A stretch of DNA of 64,000 nt from an uncultured delta proteobacterium (GTDB lineage Bacteria; Myxococcota; UBA727; VGSZ01): NCBI GenBank assembly GCA_963775425.1, contig CAVZJB010000017.1, forward strand, positions 352,001-416,000. The letters run 5' to 3'. Of the stretch, positions 24,431 to 35,688 are shown piece after piece (positions within the stretch are counted from its first letter, which is position 1; every line of letters begins with the position of its first letter). The notes beneath the pieces were generated by a model. The model did not search any database. It had not been told where the DNA came from and worked only from the letters and a program-made list of their open reading frames with translations. The position numbers and the translations under genes were made by a program.

Positions 24431-24886
24431 TCAACGCGGCTTGACGTTGTCGCCGTAGCGCTGGCCCCACGCGAGCGTGTCGCCGGGCGTGGTGTCGATC
24501 TTCAAGGACGACGGGCCCTCCTCGACGTGCACCGCGGGCGCCTTCTCCACCGAGAACCAGATCCCCGCCTGCACCGCCAACGCGGCGTTCACGGGGATGT
24601 CTCCGGCGACGAACTCCTGGATGGTGACGCTGCCGCGGTAGCCCACCTGCCGGGGCGGGCGCGACTGCAGCGTGAAGCGGCTCCACGCGCCGTTCGCCTC
24701 GGGCAGGTGCGCGACGACGACGTAGTTGTGCGGGAGGTCCACGCCCTCGCTCTTGGCCTCCCCCGGCACCACCGTCACCTTGAGGTCGACCCCCGGCGTC
24801 GAGGGCCTGCCGGTGGTGCCCGGCGAGAGCACCTGCACGAGCTTGGCCTGGTTCACGGTGAACGCGTTGTGCGAAAGGACGGGCAT
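24431..24886 (-). CDS. Hypothetical beta-rich protein
   Basis: GGGGAG RBS before ATG 24886; typical codon usage; no family recognised. Confidence 0.6.
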   Translation of the reverse strand: MPVLSHNAFTVNQAKLVQVLSPGTTGRPSTPGVDLKVTVVPGEAKSEGVDLPHNYVVVAHLPEANGAWSRFTLQSRPPRQVGYRGSVTIQEFVAGDIPVNAALAVQAGIWFSVEKAPAVHVEEGPSSLKIDTTPGDTLAWGQRYGDNVKPR

Positions 24887-24966
24887 GCGTCTCCCCTGTG
24901 TGGAGTGTCGGCCGATGTAGGACAAAGTGGTGTGCGATCCGTCACGCCGCGCTATATGCGAGGGCC

Positions 24967-26277
24967 ATGAGCGAGCTGAACGTCGTCGAAACCGTCACCA
25001 AGCACACCTACGGCACCTGGCGCCCCCAGAGGGGCTGGAAGCCGATCCACGTCACGCGCGCCGAGGGCTGCACGTTCTTCGACGCCGCCGGCAAGCGCTA
25101 CCTCGACATGTCCGCGCAGCTCATGTGCAGCAACCTCGGCCACCAGAACAAGGCCGTCGTCGACGCCATCTGCAAGCAGGCCCAGGAGCTCTGCTTCGTG
25201 GCGCCCGGCTTCGCCACGTCGGTGCGCGCGCGGCTCGCGAACAAGCTCCTCGAGGTGGTGCCCAAGGGCATCGACAAGTTCTTCTTCGCCACGTCGGGCA
25301 CGGAGGCCAACGAGTGCGCCATCAAGATGGCGCGCTTCGTCACGGGCAAGCACAAGATCCTCGCGCGCTACAACGGCTATCACGGCTCCACGGCGACGTC
25401 GGCGGCGCTCACCGGCGACTTCCGCCGCTGGTTCGCCGAGCCCGTCCAAAGCGTCATCGGCGGCGTCATCCACGTCCCCGAGTGCAACCCCTACCGGCCC
25501 GGCCCCGGCCTCGATCCCGACTACGTCGACTACGTCTTGAACAACGAGGGCAACGTCGCCGCCATGATCGTCGAGCCCGTCGTGGGCACCAACGGCGTCC
25601 TCGTGCCGCCGGACGACTACCTGCCGCGCCTCGCCGAGATCCTGAAGCGCCACAACGTGCTGCTCATCGCCGACGAGGTGATGGCCGGCTGGGGCCGCAC
25701 GGGCCAGTGGTTCGCCGTCGACAACTGGGGCGTGAAGCCGGACATCCTCGTCACCGCCAAGGGCGTCACCTCGGCCATGGCGCCGCTCGGCGTCGTCGGC
25801 ACCACGCGCGCCGTCGCCGACTACTTCGAGGACGGGTGGTTCGCCCACGGCCACACCTACGAGAGCCACCCGCTCACGCTGGCGCCGGCGGTGGCGGCCA
25901 TCGAGGAGTACCAGCGGCTCGGCCTCATCGAGCGCGCGCGCACCATGGGCAAGGTGTTCGGCGAGAAGCTGCGCACCATGGCGGCCAAGCACAAGTCCGT
26001 CGGCGACGTGCGCGGCATCGGGATGTTCTGGGCTCTCGAGCTCGTGAAGGACCAAAAGACCAAGGAGCCCTTCAACACCTTCCATGACAAGGTCGCGAAG
26101 CGTCCTTTGATGGTCGACAAGGTGAACGCCAAGCTCATCGAGCAGGGCGTCTACGCGGTCGGGTGGATCAGCCACTTCGTGCTGGCGCCGCCGCTCATCA
26201 TCTCCGAGGCGGAGATGGACGAGTGCGTCGCTGCGCTCGACAAAGCCCTCGAGGTCGCCGACGCCGGCGCCGCCTGA
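24967..26277 (+). CDS. Class III PLP-dependent aminotransferase
   Basis: SGTEANE, YHGST, LIADEVMAGWGRTG, DILVTAKG (PLP Lys), HGHTY. Confidence 0.93.
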   Translation: MSELNVVETVTKHTYGTWRPQRGWKPIHVTRAEGCTFFDAAGKRYLDMSAQLMCSNLGHQNKAVVDAICKQAQELCFVAPGFATSVRARLANKLLEVVPKGIDKFFFATSGTEANECAIKMARFVTGKHKILARYNGYHGSTATSAALTGDFRRWFAEPVQSVIGGVIHVPECNPYRPGPGLDPDYVDYVLNNEGNVAAMIVEPVVGTNGVLVPPDDYLPRLAEILKRHNVLLIADEVMAGWGRTGQWFAVDNWGVKPDILVTAKGVTSAMAPLGVVGTTRAVADYFEDGWFAHGHTYESHPLTLAPAVAAIEEYQRLGLIERARTMGKVFGEKLRTMAAKHKSVGDVRGIGMFWALELVKDQKTKEPFNTFHDKVAKRPLMVDKVNAKLIEQGVYAVGWISHFVLAPPLIISEAEMDECVAALDKALEVADAGAA

Positions 26278-26290
26278 GCGAGGCGGCTTC

Positions 26291-26845
26291 TCAGCCGTGC
26301 CTCCGGCGCTTCTTCGATGGCGTGAGCGTGACCACGGCGTGCTCCAACCAGGCGACCTCGGCGCGCATCTGGAAGCGCACGTGGTCGAGGGCGAGGTCCA
26401 CGCCGGCGCCCATCCCGTGCGCCGGGGCGGCCTCGTAGGCCGCCAGCCGCTTGCGGGTCTCCCGCAGCCGCTCCGCGAGCGCCGCCCGCGCCTCGTCGGG
26501 CACGAGGTCGTCGAGGAACATCACGGCGACGTCGCTGCCGTTGCGGACGTCGCCGGCCGCGCTGAGGCGGGCGCGCAACAGCTCGAGGAAGCGCGCCTCC
26601 CCCGCGCGGTTGAGCGCGTAGACCTTGCGCGTGGGGCGATTGCCCACCTGCTCCGCGGTGACGTCGATGAGGCCCTCGTGCGCCAGCTTGTCGAGCGTGG
26701 CGTAGGCGGTGGCCTTCTTCATGTCGGCCACGCGCGCCAGGTTCTTCTCGATGAACTCGTGCACCTGGTAGCCGTGGCTGCGCTGGGCCTTCAGCATGCC
26801 GAGGAGCAGCAGGGCGCGATCGTCGGGGGCCATGGAGGAAGCCAT
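26291..26845 (-). CDS. PadR-family transcriptional regulator
   Basis: LLGML...HGYQ, Y..LDKL..EGLI, RKVYALN.AG. Confidence 0.88.
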   Translation of the reverse strand: MASSMAPDDRALLLLGMLKAQRSHGYQVHEFIEKNLARVADMKKATAYATLDKLAHEGLIDVTAEQVGNRPTRKVYALNRAGEARFLELLRARLSAAGDVRNGSDVAVMFLDDLVPDEARAALAERLRETRKRLAAYEAAPAHGMGAGVDLALDHVRFQMRAEVAWLEHAVVTLTPSKKRRRHG

Positions 26846-26855
26846 CGGTGCCTGC

Positions 26856-27989
26856 TCAGCGTAGCGCGTCCACGATCTTCACGGCCGCCGCCTGAAGCGC
26901 GGGCAGGATGCCACCGATGACACCAACCACGAGGGCGAGGACCATGCCTGCGACGAGGTCAAGCGGCCCGAGCGCCACGGTGCCATCAAGGAGGAACGGC
27001 ATGTTGAGCGGCACGGTCGCGATGAGAAAGGACAGCGCGCAGCCGACCGCCCCGCCGAGAAGGCCGACGAGCACGCTCTCGAACAGCATGGAGGCGAGCA
27101 CCGCCCCCTTGCGGTAACCGAGGGCGCGGAGCACGCCGATCTCACGGCTGCGCTGCGCGACGGCGGCGTACATCGTGTTCATTCCACCAAAGATGGCGCC
27201 GAGCGCGATGACGATGGCGATGAAGCGGCCGAGCGCGGCCATCCAGATGCTCATGCCGCCGATCCGCGCAAACGCCGCGGCCGACGTGAGCGCCTGGATG
27301 GGCTCGCCTCGCTGGGCGTCGACGGCGCGCACGAGCGCTTCGGCGTCTGAAGGGCTCCTGGCGCGAACGAGAAAGCTCGTGACATCACCGCGGTTGGTCG
27401 CCGCCGCGAGGGCGTCGAGATCGATCCACACCTCCTGCTCGTACACCGCGCCGGCAGCGGTGAAGATCCCGCCCACGGTCCACTCGCCGTGCTCGAGCTC
27501 CAACGCGTCACCGACGCGCAGTCCATGCGCCCGCGCGAGTTGCACGCCGACGAGGACGGCGCCGCTGGAAGGCAGGGGACGCCCCTCGACGACCTGCACT
27601 TCGCGATAGAAGCGCACCGCGGTCGGTTCGATGCCGCGCAACATCACGTCGGCGACGCCGCCGCCGTGCGGCAATGTCGCTTTGGAGGCGAGCGACAGCT
27701 CCGGTGAGATCACCGGAGCGCCGTGGTCGACGGCCACCTGCTCCTGCGACGCGAGGAACGTGAGCTCACCGCGCCCCACCTGGGAAAACTCGGGGTTGAG
27801 CGCGCCCGCCTGCATCACGATCACCTCGTCGGGCGCGCCGGTCGTGGCGAACATCGTCTTCATGCGAGCGCTCACTGCGGTCATGACGATGTAGACCGCC
27901 ACCACCGCGCCGATGCCGAGCACCGTGAGGAGCGTGCGCGTCTTGCGCACGAAGAGAGAGCGGACGTTGTATGCGACGGGGACAATCAT
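26856..27989 (-). CDS. ABC exporter permease (MacB/FtsX family)
   Basis: RTLLTVLGI; NTMYAAVAQRSREIGVLRALG; ends IVDALR. Confidence 0.9.
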   Translation of the reverse strand: MIVPVAYNVRSLFVRKTRTLLTVLGIGAVVAVYIVMTAVSARMKTMFATTGAPDEVIVMQAGALNPEFSQVGRGELTFLASQEQVAVDHGAPVISPELSLASKATLPHGGGVADVMLRGIEPTAVRFYREVQVVEGRPLPSSGAVLVGVQLARAHGLRVGDALELEHGEWTVGGIFTAAGAVYEQEVWIDLDALAAATNRGDVTSFLVRARSPSDAEALVRAVDAQRGEPIQALTSAAAFARIGGMSIWMAALGRFIAIVIALGAIFGGMNTMYAAVAQRSREIGVLRALGYRKGAVLASMLFESVLVGLLGGAVGCALSFLIATVPLNMPFLLDGTVALGPLDLVAGMVLALVVGVIGGILPALQAAAVKIVDALR

Positions 27990-28008
27990 CAACGTCTCCT
28001 CGGTTGCC

Positions 28009-29133
28009 TCAGTCCACCACGCGCAGCGCGTCGACGATCGTGAGGCGGACCGCGCCCACGGCGGGCAACAGGCCCCCGACCACGCCAACGATCACCGCGG
28101 CGCAGAAGCCGGCAACGAGCGTGGACGTCTCGAAGTGCAGCCCCGCCAACATCGCGCCCTGCCCACCAAGCGCGAGCTTGGCGAGGACAAGGCCGGTGAC
28201 GCCGCCGACGACCGCGAGCAGGACCGCCTCGCCCACGACGAGCCCGATGATGGCTGCCGGCGTGAACCCGATCGTGCGCAGCACGGCGATCTCGCGCACG
28301 CGCTCACGCACGTTCATGGACACCGCGTTGACCGCTCCGAGCAGCGTGATGAGCAGCGTCAGGACGCCCATCACCTTCAGGTAATCCACGAAGCCCACGA
28401 ACTGCTCGACGATCTTCTGCGCGTACGCAGCCTCGGACGCGGTCTCCGTGGGTGACGCCGTCACGCTCGTGTAGGCGTCGACGGCGGCCGCCACATCGGC
28501 GTCACGGGTGCCGTCGGCGGGTTTCACGAGGAACGCGGTGACACGACCGGTGGAGCCGCGCGCCTGTTGGAGGTATTCGCGGTGCACGAGGATGTGGCGC
28601 TGGAGATCGCTCCCCTGGTTGGGCAGGATGCCGCTCACGTGGAAGCTCATGGAGAGCTCCTTGATGTCCACCTGCGCGCCCGACTGCCAACCCATCTGCT
28701 GCGCGAGGAGATTGCCCACGATCATCCCCTGCTTGTCGGCCTTGAACGCCGCCCAGGCGCCCTCGTCCACGCGCAGGTTCTTCATGGCGCGGAAGGCGTC
28801 GTCGTCGACACCATAGACAAAGATGTGGACGCGCTGATCGCCGACCACGGCGAGGTCGGTGAACAGACCAGTGACCGCCGCCACGCCCTTCACCTGCCCG
28901 AGCCGCGCCTCGAGCGACGACGGCAAGCGGCTGGCGAGGACGTTGGCCCGGCCCTTCTCACGGACGTGCAACAGACGCTCGTGGCTCACCTGCTCGATGG
29001 GAAAGAGGATGCCGTCCACGCTCGCCTTCAGCGACGCCATCACGAAGATGGCCACTGCGACGCCGAGGATGACGAGCAGCGAGCGGCGCTTGTTGCGCAG
29101 CAGGTTCCTTGCGATGAGCCCGCCGTGGATCAT
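28009..29133 (-). CDS. ABC exporter permease (MacB/FtsX family)
   Basis: [10 protein letters not shown]; [16 protein letters not shown]; IVDALR. Confidence 0.9.
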   Translation of the reverse strand: MIHGGLIARNLLRNKRRSLLVILGVAVAIFVMASLKASVDGILFPIEQVSHERLLHVREKGRANVLASRLPSSLEARLGQVKGVAAVTGLFTDLAVVGDQRVHIFVYGVDDDAFRAMKNLRVDEGAWAAFKADKQGMIVGNLLAQQMGWQSGAQVDIKELSMSFHVSGILPNQGSDLQRHILVHREYLQQARGSTGRVTAFLVKPADGTRDADVAAAVDAYTSVTASPTETASEAAYAQKIVEQFVGFVDYLKVMGVLTLLITLLGAVNAVSMNVRERVREIAVLRTIGFTPAAIIGLVVGEAVLLAVVGGVTGLVLAKLALGGQGAMLAGLHFETSTLVAGFCAAVIVGVVGGLLPAVGAVRLTIVDALRVVD

Positions 29134-29858
29134 GCCGGCGCCCGCGCCGCCGCCGGACGCGCGGATGCGCCCGCCGCGACGGCGTCCGTGACTTTGCCGT
29201 GCGAGTACACGAGCTGGCGCGCGGCGCGGCGCGCCTTGTCGACGTCGTGCGTCACCATGACGATGGTCTTTTTGTGTTGCTCGTTCAGCGCGATGAACAG
29301 CTCCATGATCTCGTCGCCGGTCTTCTCGTCGAGATCGCCCGTTGGCTCGTCGGCGAGGATGAGCTCGGGGTCTGCGGCGATGGCGCGCGCGATGGCGACG
29401 CGCTGCTGTTGCCCGCCCGAGAGCTCGTCCGGGCGGTGGGACAGCCGGTCCTTGAGGCCGACGAGATCGAGCGCGAGCTCCGCCTGCTCGCGCCGTCGCG
29501 CCGCCGACAGACGCGTGAGCCGCAAGGGGAGCTCCACGTTTTCGAGCGCCGACAGCACGGGCACGAGGTGAAACACCTGGAAGACGAAGCCGACGTGCGT
29601 GTTGCGGAAGCGGCACAGCTCCGCCTCACGGAGCTTGGCCAGGGAGATGCCCGCGACCTCGACGCTGCCCGCGTCGGCGCGATCGAGGCCACCGAGCAGG
29701 TGGAGGAGCGTGCTCTTTCCGCAGCCCGACGGCCCGCGGATGGAGACGAGCTCCCCCGCGCCGACGTCGAGGTCCAGCCCATCCACGGGTCGGATGAGCT
29801 CGGAGCCCTTCCTGTATTGCTTCACGAGCCCCTGCGCGCGGATGAGCGTTCCGGTCAT
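29130..29858 (-). CDS. ABC transporter ATP-binding protein (LolD/MacB-like)
   Basis: [29 protein letters not shown]. Confidence 0.95.
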   Translation of the reverse strand: MTGTLIRAQGLVKQYRKGSELIRPVDGLDLDVGAGELVSIRGPSGCGKSTLLHLLGGLDRADAGSVEVAGISLAKLREAELCRFRNTHVGFVFQVFHLVPVLSALENVELPLRLTRLSAARRREQAELALDLVGLKDRLSHRPDELSGGQQQRVAIARAIAADPELILADEPTGDLDEKTGDEIMELFIALNEQHKKTIVMVTHDVDKARRAARQLVYSHGKVTDAVAAGASARPAAARAPA

Positions 29859-29862
29859 CTCT

Positions 29863-31038
<1,176 letters not shown>

Positions 31039-31061
31039 CGCTGCACCATATGATCCGGCGC

Positions 31062-31085
31062 TGATTAGTCAATGATGACTAATCA
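31062..31085. promoter_or_regulatory. Perfect AT-rich inverted repeat TGATTAGTCA-N4-TGACTAATCA, likely the PadR operator
   Basis: 10-bp arms, about 24 bp upstream of the efflux operon start. Confidence 0.75.
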
Positions 31086-31112
31086 ACGCTGACGGGCGAG
31101 CCGCAGATCGCC

Positions 31113-31140
31113 TTGAAGTCGAGGCGGCTTGGCGTAAACT
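31113..31140 (+). promoter_or_regulatory. Sigma70-like promoter TTGAAG-N16-TAAACT, 6 nt before the ATG (leaderless)
   Basis: Consensus-like -35 and -10 boxes. Confidence 0.5.
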
Positions 31141-31146
31141 GAACAA

Positions 31147-32160
31147 ATGATTGATTCCGCGCCGCTCTCCCGTCGTGAGGTCCTCGGCATCAACCGTGAG
31201 GCGCCCGCGCAGGCGTGGCGCGCGCTGCGCGGCGATCCGCACCTGCCGCGGTCGCGCTTCGGGCTCACGAGCGTGAAGATCTTCACTCCGAAGCTGGCGC
31301 TGGCGACATGGGCCGGGCGCCGCCCCCGCGGGCGCGCGGTCCCCGTCGTCAACCTGCCGAACCGCACGCCGACGCCCATCGCCGACGGCTGGTCCGTGCG
31401 CGTCACGCAGGTCCGCGACTTTCGCGGCGGCGCGCTCACGTACGACAGCCACAACGGCACCGACTACGCCGTGCCGCCCGGCACCGTCGTGACGGCGGCG
31501 GCGCCGGGGCGCGTGGTCGCCCTGCGCCGCGAGTTCGATCGCGGCGGGCTCAAGCTCTACGTCGACCACGGCGGCGGCTTGATGAGCTCGTACCACCACC
31601 TCGCGCGCGCGCTCGTGGACGTCGACGCGCGCGTCGCGCGCGGCCAGCCGCTCGCCCTGTCCGGCTACTCCGGGATCGACGCGCTCGCCTCGTTCCCGTG
31701 GGTGGCGCCTCATGTGCACTCGAACGTCTACCTGGGCGGGCGCGTCGTCGATCCGTTCGCGGCCGAGGGCGAGATCTCCCTGTGGCGCGGCGACGAAAAC
31801 CGGCCGCTGAGCGCGCGCGCGTCCGAGCCCGGCGACGAGACCCGCTTCGACGCCGCCGCGGTCGACGACGTTGTCGGGCTCTTGAGAGACGACGATCGCC
31901 GCGCGGTCCTCGCGCGCATCCCCGACGTCGATCTGCGCGCGTGGGCGCTGGTCATCGAGGCGTGCACCTACCCGTCGCGCTTCGGCGGCGAGGGCGCTTC
32001 CGCGCGCCTGTTCTCCTCCGCCGAGCGCCGGCCGCTCCTGTCGCTTCCGTTCCACGCCGACGACTTCGACGGCATCTTGTTCGCCGACGACGAGCGCCTG
32101 TCGCTCCCGCTTCAGGCGCGTCCGCGTCCGGCGCCCCCGCCCCGCGGCTCGGCGGCGTAG
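31147..32160 (+). CDS. M23-family metallopeptidase domain protein
   Basis: HNGTD (HxxxD), YHHL, PHVH (HxH). Confidence 0.85.
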   Translation: MIDSAPLSRREVLGINREAPAQAWRALRGDPHLPRSRFGLTSVKIFTPKLALATWAGRRPRGRAVPVVNLPNRTPTPIADGWSVRVTQVRDFRGGALTYDSHNGTDYAVPPGTVVTAAAPGRVVALRREFDRGGLKLYVDHGGGLMSSYHHLARALVDVDARVARGQPLALSGYSGIDALASFPWVAPHVHSNVYLGGRVVDPFAAEGEISLWRGDENRPLSARASEPGDETRFDAAAVDDVVGLLRDDDRRAVLARIPDVDLRAWALVIEACTYPSRFGGEGASARLFSSAERRPLLSLPFHADDFDGILFADDERLSLPLQARPRPAPPPRGSAA

Positions 32161-32170
32161 CGTTGCGCTG

Positions 32171-32617
32171 ATGCGACGCGCGCTGCTTTTGACCCTGTTG
32201 CTCTTCGGCGCCTCGTGCCACGCCGCGCATCCGCAGCATCGCCCCCTCGCCGTGCCGTCCACGGCCGCGTGGGCCGGCGGCGCGAACGGCGGCGCATGGG
32301 TCGACTGCTGGCGCGTCTCCGATGAGGAGCGCGCCGAGGCGAAGGCGTCCGGCCAATCGCCGCCGGTCACCGACCCGGCGCTCGACGCGGCGTTCGACTG
32401 CCGCGTCTTCGACGCGCGCGGCGCCATTCAACAGAAGGCGCGGTTCCGCCTGCTCGACGTCGACGACGCCCACGCGCTCCACCCCGCGGCCGACCCGCGG
32501 CGGGTGATGCAGTATCGCGGCTGGGATGGCTGCCGCGTCCTCCTCGAAGGCGAGCGCGTCCTCGTGCCCGAGAAGAAGACCGCGTGCGCGAACGGCGTCT
32601 GCACGGATCGTTGCTGA
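32171..32617 (+). CDS. Hypothetical lipoprotein
   Basis: MRRALLLTLLLFGASC lipobox. Confidence 0.6.
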   Translation: MRRALLLTLLLFGASCHAAHPQHRPLAVPSTAAWAGGANGGAWVDCWRVSDEERAEAKASGQSPPVTDPALDAAFDCRVFDARGAIQQKARFRLLDVDDAHALHPAADPRRVMQYRGWDGCRVLLEGERVLVPEKKTACANGVCTDRC

Positions 32618-32620
32618 GCG

Positions 32621-35527
32621 TCAAAGACGGCGACGGCGCGCGCGGCGGCGGCGGAGCGCGACGAGCGCCAGGGCGGCGACGGCGGCGTCGGCCGTGACGT
32701 CGCTCGTCGACCGGCAGCCGCAGCCTGAGGGCGGCGGCGGCGTGAGGGCGATGGTGACGACGCCGTCCCCTTCGCCTTCGCCTTCCCCTTCCCCTTCCCC
32801 TTCGCCTTCCCCTTCCCCTTCGCCTTCGGCGCCGAGGCCGGGCGCGAGCTGGTCGATGAGCCGCGCGAAGATCGCGGCGCGCGCGGACTCGGGCACGACG
32901 GCTTCGAGGCCGGCGCCGAACAACGCGGTGTGGGCGGTGACGACGGCGGCCCCGCTGCCGTCGGGATAGACGAGCGGCGTGCTGACGGACGCGTCCGCGG
33001 CGTCGGCGGGGGCGTACACGTCCGGGAACTGCACCTCGTAGAGCGCGCTCCCGTCGTCGAGGCCGACGCCGCCGTCGTCGAACGCGCCGTCGAGCAGGCC
33101 GGTGCCCGCGAGCGTGAACGTGTCGGCGTCGTCGGCGACGTAGGCCGCGCCGAAGCGGTCGGCGAGGAACGCGGCGCCGTCGCCTCGCTCGACGAGCGCG
33201 TAGCCGATCTCCTCGCCCGAGGCGATCACCGCGCCCCCGCCGTCGAGGTACGCGCCGAAGAGGTCCTGCATGGCAGGCGACACGGCCTCGTCTTCCACCG
33301 AGTCCTTGCCGGCGGCGAAGTCGACGACGGCATAGTCGGAGAGCGAGACGGTGCCGTCCTCGACGCTCTCGTCGAGCGCGCCGTCGAAGCCGGCGACGCG
33401 GAGCAGCGCGCGGCCGTGCTCGACGGCGCCCATGAGGTCGTTGTCGACGTCCTGCACGTACGCGTCGCGCCGGTCATAGGCCCACAGCACCAGCACCGGG
33501 GCGTTCCCGGCGGACGCGCCCTCGACGGGCGTCCCCCGAAACCGAGCCACGACGGCCTCGGAGGCGAAGCCCTCGCCGTTCGCGTCGAGCGCGCTGACGC
33601 GGAACGCGTAGCCGGCGCCGGCGTCGAGCGTCGCGGTGCCCGCGCCGCCGTCACCGTCCTGCGTCGCGGCGGAAAACACGAGCGACGCGCCCGCGGGATC
33701 GTTCGCGTCGACGACGACGCCGTCGTCGAACGCCCGGCCCGCGCCGCGGCCACCGCCCGCCGGTCCGCTCTCGAGCCGCGCCTTCACCACGCGATACGCG
33801 GCGGCGCCGTCGACGGGCCGCCACGAGACGCGCAAGGTGCCGTCGGCGAGGTTCTGCGCGACGACGCCGTCCGGGCGCGCGGGCGGCACATCACTGCCGG
33901 GCGCGAGGTACTGCGCGATGCCGCGGACCAGGCCGCGGGCGAAGCGCTCGCGCCACCGCGGATCGTGGAGCGACTCGTTGTCGGGCCGGGCGATGCCGGC
34001 GGTGTCGACGAGGTCGTCGAAGAAGCCCGTCTCGACGAGGATGCCGGGCGTGTCGTCGAGGTCGCGCAGCTCGCCGAAGTTTGCGACCAGGCGCCCGCGG
34101 TCACCCCAGCCGGGGTCCCACGTGCCGCGCAGCTCGTCGACGATGGCGCGGTGCACCGTGTCCTCGAGCTCGCGCGAGCCGGGCGGGTCGTCGCAGTCGA
34201 CGGCGTCGTCGGAGGCAGAGTGATCGCCGTAGAGCTGGCACGAGTACCGGTACGTCGACGTGCCGTGCGTGGTGGACCCGGCGCCGGCGCCGGTGGCGTT
34301 GGCGTGGATGGACACGTAGATGTCGGGTCCGACGAATTCGGCGTAGGAGGGGCGGATGGTGACGTCGTTCTTGGCGTCGACGTCGGCGGGGGCGCCGGCG
34401 TAGGGGACGTAGCTCTTCGCGCCCATCTCCCACCAGGGCTTGCGCGAGTCCGGGTCCGCGCCGCCGCCGGCCTTGACGGCGTCGGCGATGAGGAAGCCCG
34501 TCGCGGGCCCGTGCGCGAGCTCGACGCTGCCGCCGCTCGCGAAAGAGAACGCGCCGAGGTCGAGCCAGAAGCGGCCCATGCGCGTCTGGTCGACGAGGAA
34601 GGTGCGCACCCCGCCCTCGTGGACGACGGTAACGACGGCGCCGGCGGTGCGGTTTTGGCCCTCGGGGAAGCGGAGCGACACGCGGCGCGGTCCGTCGAGC
34701 GGCGGCACGTCGAAGGCGGCGGCCCCGGGGTCGGTGTCTGCGTTGACGCGGTAGTGGCCGAGGTAGCCGACGCCGGCGGTGGAGCCGTCGGCCCAGCCGC
34801 CGGCGCTCTCCGCGTAGCCGTCGCCGGCGTCGTCGACGACGGCCTCCGCGGCGGCGTCGTGATCGGGCTCGCGCACGGGGATGACCTCGGCGCCCATCTG
34901 CTCGAGGAGCGGGATGACCTGATTGGTCACGGTCTCGGCGGTGAAGAAGTCCTCGGTGATGCCACGGCAGCTCCCGCAGCCGTCCCACTTGAAGTTCTCG
35001 CGCTGCGTGGCCCAGCCGCCGTTGCCGTCTTCGAGCCAGCCGTGGCCCGCCGAGATGGCGACGCGCAGGCCCGCGAGCGCGCCGAACGATCCGGGCGACG
35101 AGGCGTCCGCCTGCGCCTGCTTGCGCTTGGTGCCGGCGGGCCGCCGCTGCGGGCGATGCGGCGGGCCCGCCGACGACGCGGGCGGGCGCGTGGGGTGACC
35201 GTCGACGTCGCGCGGGTCCGTGCCGAGGGAGCGCACGCCGGCGCCGTCGCGCACGAACACGAAGACGCCGCCGCGCACGCCGCGCGTAAGCTCATCGAGG
35301 GCGCCGACGAGGGCCTCGCGGGCGAGCTCCTCGGCGAGCAGCGAGCGCAGCGGCGCGACGACGACGACGGCGCCGCGCGACGCGGAGAACGCGTCGAGCA
35401 CGGTGAGCCCCGCGCGCGCCGCCGCCCGCGCCGCCACGCCGGGATCGAGCGTCTCTGTCGACGGCGCCGGCAGCGCAGGGGCGCCGGCGAGGGCCACGGA
35501 CACGAGCGCGCAGGCGGAGGCGAGCAT
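32621..35527 (-). CDS. N-acetylmuramoyl-L-alanine amidase (Amidase_3) with inserted golvesin-like domain, Fn3, (GE)n linker and MYXO-CTERM tail
   Basis: Zn ligands ISAGHG, TED, SIHANA, LVETGF; IADAVK; GCGC + TM + RRRR tail. Confidence 0.85.
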   Translation of the reverse strand: MLASACALVSVALAGAPALPAPSTETLDPGVAARAAARAGLTVLDAFSASRGAVVVVAPLRSLLAEELAREALVGALDELTRGVRGGVFVFVRDGAGVRSLGTDPRDVDGHPTRPPASSAGPPHRPQRRPAGTKRKQAQADASSPGSFGALAGLRVAISAGHGWLEDGNGGWATQRENFKWDGCGSCRGITEDFFTAETVTNQVIPLLEQMGAEVIPVREPDHDAAAEAVVDDAGDGYAESAGGWADGSTAGVGYLGHYRVNADTDPGAAAFDVPPLDGPRRVSLRFPEGQNRTAGAVVTVVHEGGVRTFLVDQTRMGRFWLDLGAFSFASGGSVELAHGPATGFLIADAVKAGGGADPDSRKPWWEMGAKSYVPYAGAPADVDAKNDVTIRPSYAEFVGPDIYVSIHANATGAGAGSTTHGTSTYRYSCQLYGDHSASDDAVDCDDPPGSRELEDTVHRAIVDELRGTWDPGWGDRGRLVANFGELRDLDDTPGILVETGFFDDLVDTAGIARPDNESLHDPRWRERFARGLVRGIAQYLAPGSDVPPARPDGVVAQNLADGTLRVSWRPVDGAAAYRVVKARLESGPAGGGRGAGRAFDDGVVVDANDPAGASLVFSAATQDGDGGAGTATLDAGAGYAFRVSALDANGEGFASEAVVARFRGTPVEGASAGNAPVLVLWAYDRRDAYVQDVDNDLMGAVEHGRALLRVAGFDGALDESVEDGTVSLSDYAVVDFAAGKDSVEDEAVSPAMQDLFGAYLDGGGAVIASGEEIGYALVERGDGAAFLADRFGAAYVADDADTFTLAGTGLLDGAFDDGGVGLDDGSALYEVQFPDVYAPADAADASVSTPLVYPDGSGAAVVTAHTALFGAGLEAVVPESARAAIFARLIDQLAPGLGAEGEGEGEGEGEGEGEGEGEGDGVVTIALTPPPPSGCGCRSTSDVTADAAVAALALVALRRRRARRRRL
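32768..32827 (-). repeat. (Glu-Gly)n coding microsatellite, about 10 units
   Basis: ttcccc/ttcgcc repeats. Confidence 0.95.
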
Positions 35528-35688
35528 CGATTCACCCTAGCCGGGCAAACCGCACCGCTTAAGGGGGGATCGCACCGCGGGACCGAATTGCGCGCGAGGG
35601 AGAGGCGCCGGTCGATTCGGGCCGGGTGTGACCGGAGCAGCGCCGCACCGCGCGGGTCACGCGCCGCGACGTGCCACACTCGACGACG

